Positions 12,961-32,473 of a stretch of 64,000 nucleotides of DNA are shown here, one piece after another. Below the pieces are notes generated by a model. That model was not told where the DNA came from. It was given only the letters and a program-made list of their open reading frames with translations, and ran no database searches. The DNA lies in assembly GCF_963853765.1 (NCBI RefSeq), contig NC_088855.1:4588001-4652000 (forward strand), read 5' to 3'. Position 1 is the stretch's first letter, and every line of letters starts with the position of its first letter. The DNA comes from Magallana gigas. Its lineage: Eukaryota. The position numbers were made by a program, and so were the translations under genes.

Positions 12961-13853
12961 ATGAATCCAAAACAGAAAGTAGCAGCAGGTTTCCTTGTAT
13001 TCAGACGACTTGGAAAAGAAATACAGTATTTATTGCTTCAGACTTCATACGGTGAAAATCACTGGTCACCGCCAAAAGGTTAGGAATCGCGTTCAATTCT
13101 CTGTTTAATCTTCAGTCAGATTTAGAAGTCATGGAATAAGGATGTGATGTTGATTCCTCTTTGGCCGACAGGGATGGGATCCCTCGCCCATTTTAAGGAA
13201 ATGAATGCATAAGAGACGCAGTGGGCCCTCTCTTTCTTTCTCTGTCTGTCTCTCCTTTAGGCACCTAAACCATTTCTTGTCAACTTCTACAAGAAAATCT
13301 TGTCATAATTTTGCCAGTGGAATGGTTACTTTTCATCGCAGGAGAGAATTGGTCCCAGAAGCAATTTAAATTTTAAACTCTGGTCCAAATTGATTAAAAT
13401 ATCCATCCACAATGAAATGATATTGAAGATAAAATGTTCACACCGAAATCAACCTTTCAAATACTGAAAAAAAAAAACCCCAGTTACATCAGAAATGAAG
13501 CATTGATTTCTGATTTTTTTTTTCTAATTTTTTCAGGTCATGTTGACCCTGGCGAGACTGAATTACAGACTGCTTTGAGAGAGACCGAAGAAGAGGCAGG
13601 ACTGAAAGAGAGTGATTTTACCATGTATACAGAATTTCAAAGGACACTTAACTATGAAGTGCAAGGGAAGCCAAAACGAGTAGTGTACTGGCTCTCAGAA
13701 CTAAAGAATCCCAGTACCCCTGTGACACTATCAGATGAACACATAGATTTCAAGTGGCTAAATCTACCACAGGCTTTAAATTATGTTGAAAAATACAAGG
13801 ATTTTCAGCAAGTGTTGAATGATGCAGATACTTTCATTAAGTCTAATTTATGA
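12961..13853 (+). CDS. NUDT2: Bis(5'-nucleosyl)-tetraphosphatase (asymmetric Ap4A hydrolase), 2 exons, 144 aa
   Basis: Exons 12961-13078 and 13537-13853 join in frame: MNPKQKVAAGFLVFRR...[40 protein letters not shown] (Nudix box)...LSDEHIDFKW. Confidence 0.95.
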
Positions 13854-14406
13854 TAAATAATATTTATGTAAATGTATAAAGATTTTCAGTTTTGATTAAA
13901 TGTGAACATTCTATAGTTTTTTATTTTCATTTATTCATTGTGTTGATGAATATATTAATTTTAAACTGTAGCATGTTTTGTACACAATTATGTTTTAATA
14001 AAATGCCCAGAAGCTTAAACATTACAGCAATGTAATTGTTTATTTAAATTAGCAATAAAAATACTTTGACCAGGAGTATTTATTTAAATCTTTATTACAT
14101 GAATTAAAACAGCACCATTCAACGATCTTTTTTGTAACTTTGTTTTATACATATTTACCGGTATTTCTCTGTAATTTCTCCTCTTTTTCTTATAAAAAAT
14201 CCCGATGATATATGTTACAGGCTATAAAAACTGACAGGGCTGAGATCAACACAATCCTGTTCTAACCAGTATAATATATATTGATCAGTTGAAACCTTCA
14301 GCAACCTTGAAAAAATCACGGACTGCATGAAATAATCATAATGATGTCAGACTCAAAATCCCATATTAAAAGACTTAGCTGTTTCTTTATCTAACGTACT
14401 GATGTG

Positions 14407-14498
14407 CACATCGTCGGATACCCATGGGTGATCGCGTTTTTTACTTACATGATATATTGTGATAAGTAAAAGATCACCCGTGGGTATCCGACGATGTG
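14407..14498. repeat. 92-bp hairpin (27-bp near-perfect inverted arms), likely a small MITE
   Basis: cacatcgtcggatacccatgggtgatc ... gatcacccgtgggtatccgacgatgtg, with a further inner pair ttttactta/taagtaaaa. Confidence 0.85.
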
Positions 14499-15044
14499 AT
14501 GTGCAATAAGAACAATTTTGTTAATTTTACCTTTTTTGGCACTTTATTTATTAATTTGTTCAAAGAAAGATGTAAACATTAACAATATAATGTTTTGTTT
14601 GATTATTCATGCGGGTAATGAAAGTAGCTACCTTCATATCCTGCATGAACCACCAAAGAATGCATTTTACTGTTTAATTATGCACAAAACGTGCCTATCC
14701 TACACGACAAAATTGGGGTGAAGTTGTACATGTGTTTCCCCTGCATTAGAACTTATTTTCTATGGCGTGCTCAGGTTGATCTAGTAGGTGGTCACTTCAT
14801 GTTGTGTGTTGAGTCAAATTGAATTAATGATCATAAATTATGAAACTTATACATGTAAAAGGTTTTCATTTTTGGCTTACCGAGATGAAGTCGGGGGGAG
14901 CTTATGCTTTCAGCATCAGGACCTGGTTAAGGGTTTTATTGCAAGTCCTGTATCTAAGTTATTACTTGTCCTATTTTCACCAAACTTGCATGGATGATAG
15001 ATCATCTGGACCTACTTATGAACTCACTGTCTTACAAGATATTG

Positions 15045-16230
15045 TATAATATGATATTGTTTTATATAATATAGAAAATTGTATCATATGATAATGTAAA
15101 ATATAATACTCTATCAAATGCTATGACATTGTACTATATGATATTGTATTATATAAAAAGATACACTGTTGTATCATATTATATTGTATCATATGATACA
15201 ATATCATATTACTATCATATATAATACAATACCATGATACAATATTATAATTTTTATCATTGTAAATATTTTATTAAATCATGATTCATTATGGTATAAT
15301 ATAATATTGTATAATAAAATATATTATTATATCACATAAAATTGAATCATATGATAATGTAAAATATAATACTCAATCAAATGCTATGACATTGTACAAT
15401 ATGATACTGTATTATATAAAAAAAATACACTGTTGTATCATATCATATTGTATCATATGATACAATATCATATTACTATCATATATAATACAATATCATA
15501 CAATACCATGATACAATATTATTATTTATATCATTGTTATCATATCATACAATATAATATCATATGTTACAATATTGTGATGTATTTTGTGATATAATAT
15601 TGTATCTTATAATACTATGTAATATTATATTATGATATTTAAGAAATGAACTCAATGTCTACCCAAGTTATACGAGTATAACCTGGGTTGGGGCAATTTA
15701 CGCTTTATAATCCGCGAAGCAGATTATAAAAAAGTGTAAATTGCTCCAACCCAGGTTATACTCGTATAATTTGGGTAGATATTGAGTTCATTCCTTATAA
15801 TTTAATTTTCTGTAATTTGCTGTACAAAATGAGTCCGTTTACTTTTAGAAATGATATTAATCTATTCAAAATTCAAACGTAACGTCAAGCGGATTAGTAC
15901 GTTTTTGACGTTAGTGCATTGTGACGTGTCTTGTGACGTGCAAACCAGGTTATACAAATTTAACTTAATTTTTCTATCCAATCAAATGCCGCGTTACAAC
16001 CAGAATTAAAAAAAATTATAATTGTATATATGATGAAATATAATAATATAACTTGATACAATACAATATTATGTTTTATGATACAATATCATATCTTGAT
16101 ACAATGTCATATGTAACAATATCATATTGTTTCATTCTAAATTACAGTATTAAATTGCATCATATGATATATTATGACAATATTGTATAGTTTTATAAAC
16201 AATTTTTAACATATGATATTATATGCTATT
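15045..16230. repeat. AT-rich low-complexity repeat (tatcatatgatacaa motifs) with a ~290-bp direct duplication, split by an insertion at 15640-16008
   Basis: 15075-15330 is repeated at ~15340-15600; the motif resumes after 16010. Confidence 0.7.
15640..16008. mobile_element. Element with a terminal ~158-bp palindrome (15640-15797) and a GCGAAGC loop; Crypton-like non-autonomous element (class inferred)
   Basis: Arms taagaaatgaactcaatgtctacccaagttatacgagtataacctgggttgg... and ...ccaacccaggttatactcgtataatttgggtagatattgagttcattcctta; it interrupts an AT-rich repeat. Confidence 0.6.
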
Positions 16231-16952
16231 GTGTCAAACCACACTAGAGTATCCATGAATATCCAAGATCATTAACTTGTCTATGATTTTCATATAATAT
16301 GACAAAGGTGGTCTCATAAAGGTGATGCCCCGTCTTGGTGAGCTGTGTAATCTGTGATTACCTATGTTTATATTAAAAATTTTATTATCTAGAGCTGATG
16401 ATTGTGTTGATAAATGGGTTTTTTTTTTCAATGTGAACCTCAATATATGTGGTAAATGTAACCAATGAATTTTATTAGTGCGCGATAAAAAATCCGTTTG
16501 TTTAACCTCATCAAACTCATTGTCTGAACTTTGGTTTTTTAAAATAGTAGGCAAAAATATAATTTTCATCTTTTAAAGTTATGTGAAAATTTTAATTTAG
16601 ATCCTTTCATTGAACTATTTAGCAAACAGATATGCAAACTTTATCAACTGTATATAGAAATAAAAATTATGATGCTTAGACTGTTATCAAATTATGAAAA
16701 TAACTGAGTCTGGGATATTTAATCTGTGGGAAGAAGGAAATCAAACTCTTTCTGGTGACCTCGAGCATTTTTCTTATCATACGGTTAATTAACAAAGAAC
16801 AAAACTTGTTTGAATATTTTCATTGACAAGATATATAAAGAATTTCAAAGATATAATTCACACCCACTCTGACTTTCAAAATTTATATAAATGTTCACCA
16901 CAAATACATTTCATCACATTTAATGTAGATGTAGAACTGATTCAACAATTCA

Positions 16953-25204
<8,252 letters not shown>

Positions 25205-25445
25205 TCTTCTCACGTTACCGAAGTTGAAAATGTTTACACTTTACCCTTGCCATTCCATAAGCGGCCTAATGGTAAATTTATACGATATCTGCATTCAGAC
25301 AATATTTTCCATCTTCATTTATAATTATTGTTATTTATCTTTAGAAATGACCAAAGGCAGGTTTTTAAAGAAAAATATTAGAAATTCAACACTTTGAATG
25401 TTTATTTTCAACATCATAAGCTTATAAGGCTGGCGTCTGGTTAAC

Positions 25446-27891
25446 GAATGCTGGTGAACCCGGCACCTGGTAAACCCGGCACTTGGTGAACTCGGCACCG
25501 AGAATAGTGAACTCGGCATCCGGTAAACTCGGCACCTGGTAAACCTGGCACCTGGTAAACTCGGCATCTGGTGAATTCGGCATTTGCATAGCATTCATTT
25601 ATCTCTTTGTTTCTAGACACACATTTTTGAAAAAAAAATTGATTACACAATGTATACGACTGCATCTTTATCATATAAATGTCTGTTTATGAAGAAAGGT
25701 GAGTTTTTCAATGTAACTTATTAATTACGACCACATTTATCAACTGATACGAAATAATTCACTAGCTACTGGCTTAACATATATTTTGAATTGATATACT
25801 TTTTGTAAGAATTTATCTTTCTAAATATCATTTGCACATTTGGTTGTTATATGACCAGTTTAGTTTCATCTTGGCGCATGTTCTTCACATTCATCAATGA
25901 GCATATCAGAGGCGCTCCCAAGCTAATTACGGAGAAAATAGGCCTAGTTAAAAGATGAATTGAGACAATTAATCCATATAACCATATTATTGCTAAATGT
26001 AGTAAAAATACATACAATAATTACTATAGGCAGAAATAATTAAAGGAGACAGATTGAATATCAGAAATGATTATTTTGTGGTTTTTAAATCATTTTCTTA
26101 TCATGTCCTTAATTTCTTGCATTGTAGTATGTTTACTACATTTTTTTTACCATTAAAGAGCAACTTTTTCACTTGCCACTGAAATTATTGATTCTGTGTG
26201 AACTATTATATTGCTTGTAGTTGTATATTCAATTAACTCATTTTGCAATTTTGTCTAATTTAATTCATTAAAATCCTTTCAAGAGCAACAACGATTATTA
26301 TATATTATTTAGAAAGAAAGAAGCATTTGTACACTTGTTTTTAAGAAAGACACACAAAAATTATATAAAACTATACTTATGATATGAACTGCCAGTTTTT
26401 CTTTCAGGGAAAATATCCGAACATGGAAATCATTTGCAGGCAATTAAAGGATATGTTGTTTGGTACTGACGTTGGATAACTTGTAAAATGCTTTTTCAGG
26501 TGTAAACAGAATTCAATATGGTATCTTATTGTTACATGAATATAAACAATATGTGAATTTAAGTTTTTTTTACTTACCACCCATTGCTGTTGTCTTCTTG
26601 AAGTCGCAAGAAAAAGTGACATTGGGAAATCAAACAATATGTACATGTAGTTATAACTGGCTTAAGTCAGTAGTTAAGGAAATATTACAAAATCAATTTG
26701 TACAAGATTGGAGAAGTATAGTTACTGTAGATAACTCACCAAAATGCATTAATTATAGAATTTTTAAAACAAATCTCAATTTAGAAAAGTACTTGTTGAT
26801 TTTACCTACAGATCTACGGATCACGTTTACAAAATTACGAACATGTAATCATCGATTCCCCTTTGAAACAGGTAGATGGTATAATATTGAAAAACATTTA
26901 AAAGAAAATGTACAATGTGTGATTCTAATAATATTGGGGATGAATTTCATTATGTTTTAGAATGTACACATTTTGTAAACGACAGAAAAATGTTTTTACC
27001 CAAGAGATATTATGAAAACCCAAATATTATAAAATTTAACGAGCTCATGAATACTTTTAATGTAGAAAAACTAAAAAACTTGTCAATATTTATTATGAAA
27101 ATTTTCAAAGTCTGTTCTTCCAGAAACCAACTTTAACAACCTATTGTATTGTGATTTTAACTTTTTTTGTCATTATTACTTCTACTGTACATGTGATCCT
27201 TGACTGTATTCGTGTACATGTGTATATACTGATTTTGAACCTCAAATACCAGTGAACTGGTCTTGAGTGAATAAAGAATTGAATTGGAAGCCCATGTGTT
27301 GACAGGGTCTCTTCATTTACATTAACCTCCTCATAATTAGTACCTCACCCCTTCTATGTGTACGGGTAATACACGGTCTAATAGCACCTGGTAGCCCCTT
27401 CCATGTGTATACTAGGAATACCCCGCTGTCATCTTGTTGTTTTAGCAATTTAAACAAGGTACACACTGGATAACACATGCTTAAGTACAGTACGTTGTGG
27501 ATACGTAATTATATTAATATGTTTACAAATCCACCTTATTTCTTCGTTTTTATATTTAATTATTATATTAATCATAAGTATCCTCTTTGTAGTTAGTTGT
27601 TTTTAACTGCTTTTATTCACGGTATACGTGAAATTTTTATTTGTCACAATTGCATCATGGTTTTGTGTTTCTTCGATGTTTTTTTTTATATATCTGAGTT
27701 ATGATAATAAAAAAATAACGAGGTTTTGTATTTCTTCTATGTTTATTTATAGTTATGATAAGAAAAAAATATCGAGGTGCCGAGTTCACCAGATTCCTGA
27801 TGCCGAGTTTACCAGGTGCCGAGTTTACCAGGTGCCGACTTCACTATTTACGCAGGTGCCAAATTCACCAGGTGCCGAGTTCACTTGTTAC
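25446..27891. mobile_element. Foldback/MULE-like non-autonomous element, ~2.45 kb, with inverted arrays of ~19-bp subterminal repeats and a 9-bp flanking direct repeat
   Basis: (tggtaaactcggcacc)n at 25450-25585 and its inverse (ggtgccgagtttacca)n at 27775-27885; ctggttaac at both 25437-25445 and 27892-27900. Confidence 0.75.
26400..27287 (+). mobile_element. 3' fragment of a CR1/L2-like LINE nested in the foldback element
   Basis: Frameshifted ORFs KCINYRIFKTNLNLEKYL...TKLRTCNHRFPFETGRW...C..C.SNNIGDEFHYVLEC; ends with aataaa + gaattgaatt tail. Confidence 0.8.
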
Positions 27892-28129
27892 CTGGTTAAC
27901 CATGATTGTCTTCGGAGCGTTTGTAAATAATGTAAACACATGTAATAATCTGAAATCAATACAAATTGATTTGAAATTCTTTTAAAGACGTTTACTGAAA
28001 AACTGTTTTGGAAATAATGGTGAAAACGTTGAAAAATTTAAAGCTATCAAGTTTTCTGTATATGGACGATTAATAATACAGGAAACGTTGTTTTCTTCGT
28101 AGCTCGAATTATCTCAGTGTTTTGTAATC

Positions 28130-30561
28130 ATGAACGATTCGGTAATTTCATCGGTATCAAAACTGATTCTTTCCTCAGATGAAGTCATTCAGAATTATTT
28201 GACCAACTACTCTATCAAACTGCCAAACGTATTTTTTCTAGCTCTTACTTTCTGTGTGAGTTTTGTGTATTTATGGCGGAAACAATTATTGAATTATCCT
28301 CCGGGACCAATATCGCTGCCATTCATTGGAAATTTGGACTTCTTTAAATCTAAATCACATATACGAATAGCAAATTTAAAAGAAATTTATGGAGATATAT
28401 TCAGTTTGAAAGCAGGTAAATGGGATGTGGTAGTTGTGTGTTCAAAAGAAGGAATCACTGAGGGACTGACAGATCCTGAGAATAACTTTGATGGCAGACC
28501 AGATTTTTTAGCATTCCATAAATTGTTCATGGGAAATAGACAATTAGGTAGGTCAATCATTAGCTGCAGATCTATAGCTCTGGGAGAAACTTTGGTTTGA
28601 CAGAGCATAGAATACTACCAATAATAAAGGTTAATCAGTTGAAACCTAGTGCAAATTTTTTCTATACTGTGAATTGCAAGTTTTTTTTTAATGCAAGACA
28701 CTGTAGCTCTATGGTCTGTTAACCTGAATTTTTAGGTAGAACTACAGATTAATTAATTAATGTTACTCATGCATATCAATATTTTCTTCGTCGTGCGTAT
28801 TATCAAATATTTATATAAATTCCAGGCATTTCAACAGCTGACCTTGATCTGAAAACACAAGTGAAGAAGGAATATATAATACAAAGTCTGATCAGCCATT
28901 GGAATCCTGAGCCGGGGCAAGGCCAGTTATCATATTCAATAGAAAAGTTGATAGTGAAGGAGATCCTCAGTTTAATGTGTTTCTTTATCAATGAAGAAGG
29001 TGCTTTTGATCCCGCAGAGTGCTTTAAATTTGCTCATCTACATATCATGATGTCATTACTTTTTGAGGATGCATATGATGTAGATGATCCCATTACACAT
29101 GAAATATATGATTGTTTAGAAAACAGGAAAGATGCCATGAATGTTCAACTTTATAATTATTTTCCAATTTTGAAAACCATCTTTAAGCAAAAGATAAGCC
29201 AACTTGAGGAGAGGAATGCCCTACTGACCAGATACCACCGAATTCTATTGAACCAGCACAAGGATACTTACAATCCCACTGAATTACGGGACTTGGTTGA
29301 TCAGCTCCTGATTTTTATTGAGACAGGAAATGATCGTGAGTTATTTGACTCCGATGACATGGACAGCCTCATTCTAGAGTTAGCAGGGTGTGGCTTCTCC
29401 TCAGTTCCCGCTCTGTTGACCTGGCTGATGGGATATATGGCAGTTTTTCCCGACATTCAAACAAAAATGCAGGAAGAGATGGACCAAGTTGTTGGCAGGG
29501 ATAGATTTCCAACCTTAGCAGATCAACCCTTCCTTCCCTACACAATGGCTGTGATATTTGAAGTTCAAAGAAATGTTACCTTATTTCCATTTCTGCATCC
29601 TCACAGAGCGATAAAAAACTGTGAATTTTTAGGTATTACTGTGGAATCATTAATTTTTGTGGTGGCTCAATTTTTGTGGAATTCGTGGGTACCTCTCGTC
29701 CACGAATTGACATTATCCAGGAATTACTAAATTAGAATTATTAAGTCATATTTCCTTTTTAGATATAAAACACAAAATTACGTCCCCACGAACATGTCAA
29801 ATTTAGACAATCCATGAAAATTGGCCCCCACAAATTTAAATGATTCCACAGTATATCAATTAATATTTAAATTTTAAATACACTGGATGTATTAATTTTT
29901 TTTTAGTTAGATATATTTATACATTGTACACCTCTTTTTGCATTAAACATGTTATAATTAAGCCTTTTTCAGATTCATGGCAGCCTTTTTCATTAAAATG
30001 ATTAAAAAAATTTCCTGTATTTTTCATTAATAGGTTATAACATCCCAAAGAACACTGTCATGCTGTTTAGTGTTTGGAGTCTTCACCATGACAAGAAACT
30101 CTGGAAAAATCCATCAAAGTTTGACCCATGCAGGTAATAAACATGGTTTCATTATTTATTACTTGTACAACATTTTGCACCCGTAAAACTGTATTGTCGA
30201 CCCTTCAGAAATCAAGGAAAATTGAGTCTCAAAGTGCTGACAAATAATACTTTGTGTACATGTTCCCTGATTCTTTTATATTGGTTTAAGGGCTTTTTGT
30301 AAATATTTGTCCATTTTTGTCAGGTTTCTAGATTCCTGTGGTAGATTGACCATCCCTGAGCACTTTATCCCCTTTGGCCTGGGGGAGAGACGGTGCCCGG
30401 GGGAGGCACTGGTCGATATGGAGGTGTACCTGTTCTTTACACACATCATGCATCAGCTCAATGTCCGGGCAGAGGGAACTATCCTGAATCTGGAGTCGGA
30501 CTACAGACTGGCCATCCAGCCCAAACCTTTCAAGATTAGGATCAGTAGTAGGGAAGATTGA
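28130..30561 (+). CDS. Cytochrome P450, clan 2 (CYP1/CYP17-like layout), 4 exons, 520 aa; the only complete copy
   Basis: Exons 28130-28547, 28826-29632, 30034-30133 and 30324-30561 join in frame. Membrane anchor, PPGP hinge, EVQR (ExxR), FDPCRF (PERF-like) and heme motif FGLGERRCPG are present. Confidence 0.92.
29639..29851. mobile_element. Tc1/mariner-type MITE (TA TSD) just after the P450 exon 2 donor
   Basis: ta|ctgtggaatcatt ... aatgattccacag|ta; same family as 58454-58671 in the opposite orientation. Confidence 0.9.
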
Positions 30562-32195
30562 AGCATATGTCATAGGCAGTAGTTGTAGCTACATTTAAAA
30601 TAAAATGGGTTAAGATATTTAAGAATCTATTTTAGTAAAAACTCTCACCAGAAAAATAGTGAAAGGAATGTGCCTTGTTAACGTTTAACCCATCTACTGG
30701 CAATGCTTGAGATCAAAGTTATGTTAATGTTGTAATCGTGTCTTGTATTTTGTTTCATTTACTTGTGGACATCAGTTTGTCATAGATTTTGTGAAATCCA
30801 CATTTCAAGAATAGATGTATTCATCATGTTCATGAGCAATGGCTCTCCCAATACAATTTTTTGTCGTGTTTCTTACTTTGATGGAAATCAAATTTTGTTG
30901 ATTGCTTAAATCATGTATGTTGTACATGAAAAAAGATTCATACTGGTAATTCAGAGCATTATCAGTGAGCTTTGAAAATATCAAGTCACTGGTTCAAAAC
31001 CAGTTGTGGCCACTTGATGTTGCATGGTTTATTTTTGGACAAGGTCCATCAAGGGGTAGTCACGGACTCTTACTGACCCAGCACGTCAGACACAGGGTTA
31101 CAGATCTGACCATTTGTACCTCATGGCTTGGAAAGGATTAAATTAATTGAAGACACCACTACTGGTTTTATTTAGAAGTTACATGTAGCTACTATTGAAG
31201 ATGTACTTAGGATTTAGTCAAACATTTTACAGAAATTGTACTGTGTATCATGGATGTTCATCAACCAATCATAGGATTTTTCTTAACCTGTAATAAATTT
31301 TATATAGAGAATCAATTGCCTGATGTGTGTTTGAAATGTAAGGCTCAGGGGCTCCAGCAATTAAGTGCAATAGGCTGAGGGATGTCTTTCCGTCCAAAAC
31401 TTTAAGAATTAACAAAGGAAAAATAATGAGAGAGAATATAAGATGTTCCCATACTGGTATATTGTTGACCGCATCATTAACGGTAATACATGTATTTTGA
31501 TACATAGTGAACTATTTAATTAATCAGTTAACCAAAGACATATCAAAACTACATGTATTTTGATGTTTTGTTGTCCGTATTTCATAAAGATTTTGTGATA
31601 GCTGAATTTATTGAAGTTTGACTGTGATAGCTGTAATATATAAATACAGGAGTATTACAAACTGGAGTATACTCATGTTGAAGTGTTATCATAGATCTTT
31701 TGATATACGTATGATGGTAGATGTTTATATACAATGATCTCCAATCTGATTAAAATTAGAATTGAGTCTAATTGTAATTAGATTGCAATGACCTTATAAA
31801 GGTTTGAGTTTATATGTCTATGGAAAATATGTTTGTGAGTTGTGTAGATATAGTTACCCCCAAGATACGGTCATTTATCGACACAATAACTTCTAGTCAT
31901 TTTTTTCTGTTTACACTACAGTCATTTTTGAGTTTATATATGAACATGAAATATGTTTTAATTTGTGTATATGTAGTTATCCCCGAGATACGGTAAATTT
32001 TTGACATAGTAACTTCTAGTCATTTTTCTGTTTACACTACAGTCATTTTTAAAAATGATTTATTTGTATTGGTTTAGTAACACAAATTGTAATTGTTGAA
32101 TAAAGTGTTTAATAAATATAACAAAATCTACGTGTAAAGCTTTAATATGGTTATCTTTGTGAAAACTGAGAATGAAGCACGAATAGTATCTAATT

Positions 32196-32230
<35 letters not shown>

Positions 32231-32473
32231 AACTCAGCATGCATTCTCATTGTTTTGAAGTTTGCGTTTTTGTTTAGTTGTTGCCACCAGGTAAAACAAT
32301 GGAAACATTTCTGACCATGCTGTGGTTTTTAGCAAGTTTTACGGGTTTTTTTCACTATTCATTTATATTACAACTCTTGGTTATTATGCATGAAAATGTA
32401 TATATATAATAATGGAATGCCTTTGATTTAATATCACAAGTGTATCTGGTGGAGTCCAGAAGGAGGCTGTGAT

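Noticed and set aside
14620-15010. Helitron/Helentron-associated repeat fragment (also ~22060-22330)
   Set aside because: Only short motif resemblance from memory; boundaries and class cannot be supported without a library search
25331-25674. CRVHQVPG/AEFTRCR repeat ORFs (also 27628-27985)
   Set aside because: Translations of the subterminal 19-bp repeats of the foldback element
31269-31505. 78-aa ORF between the P450 and the channel
   Set aside because: Not kept open in units 2 and 3, and has no motif
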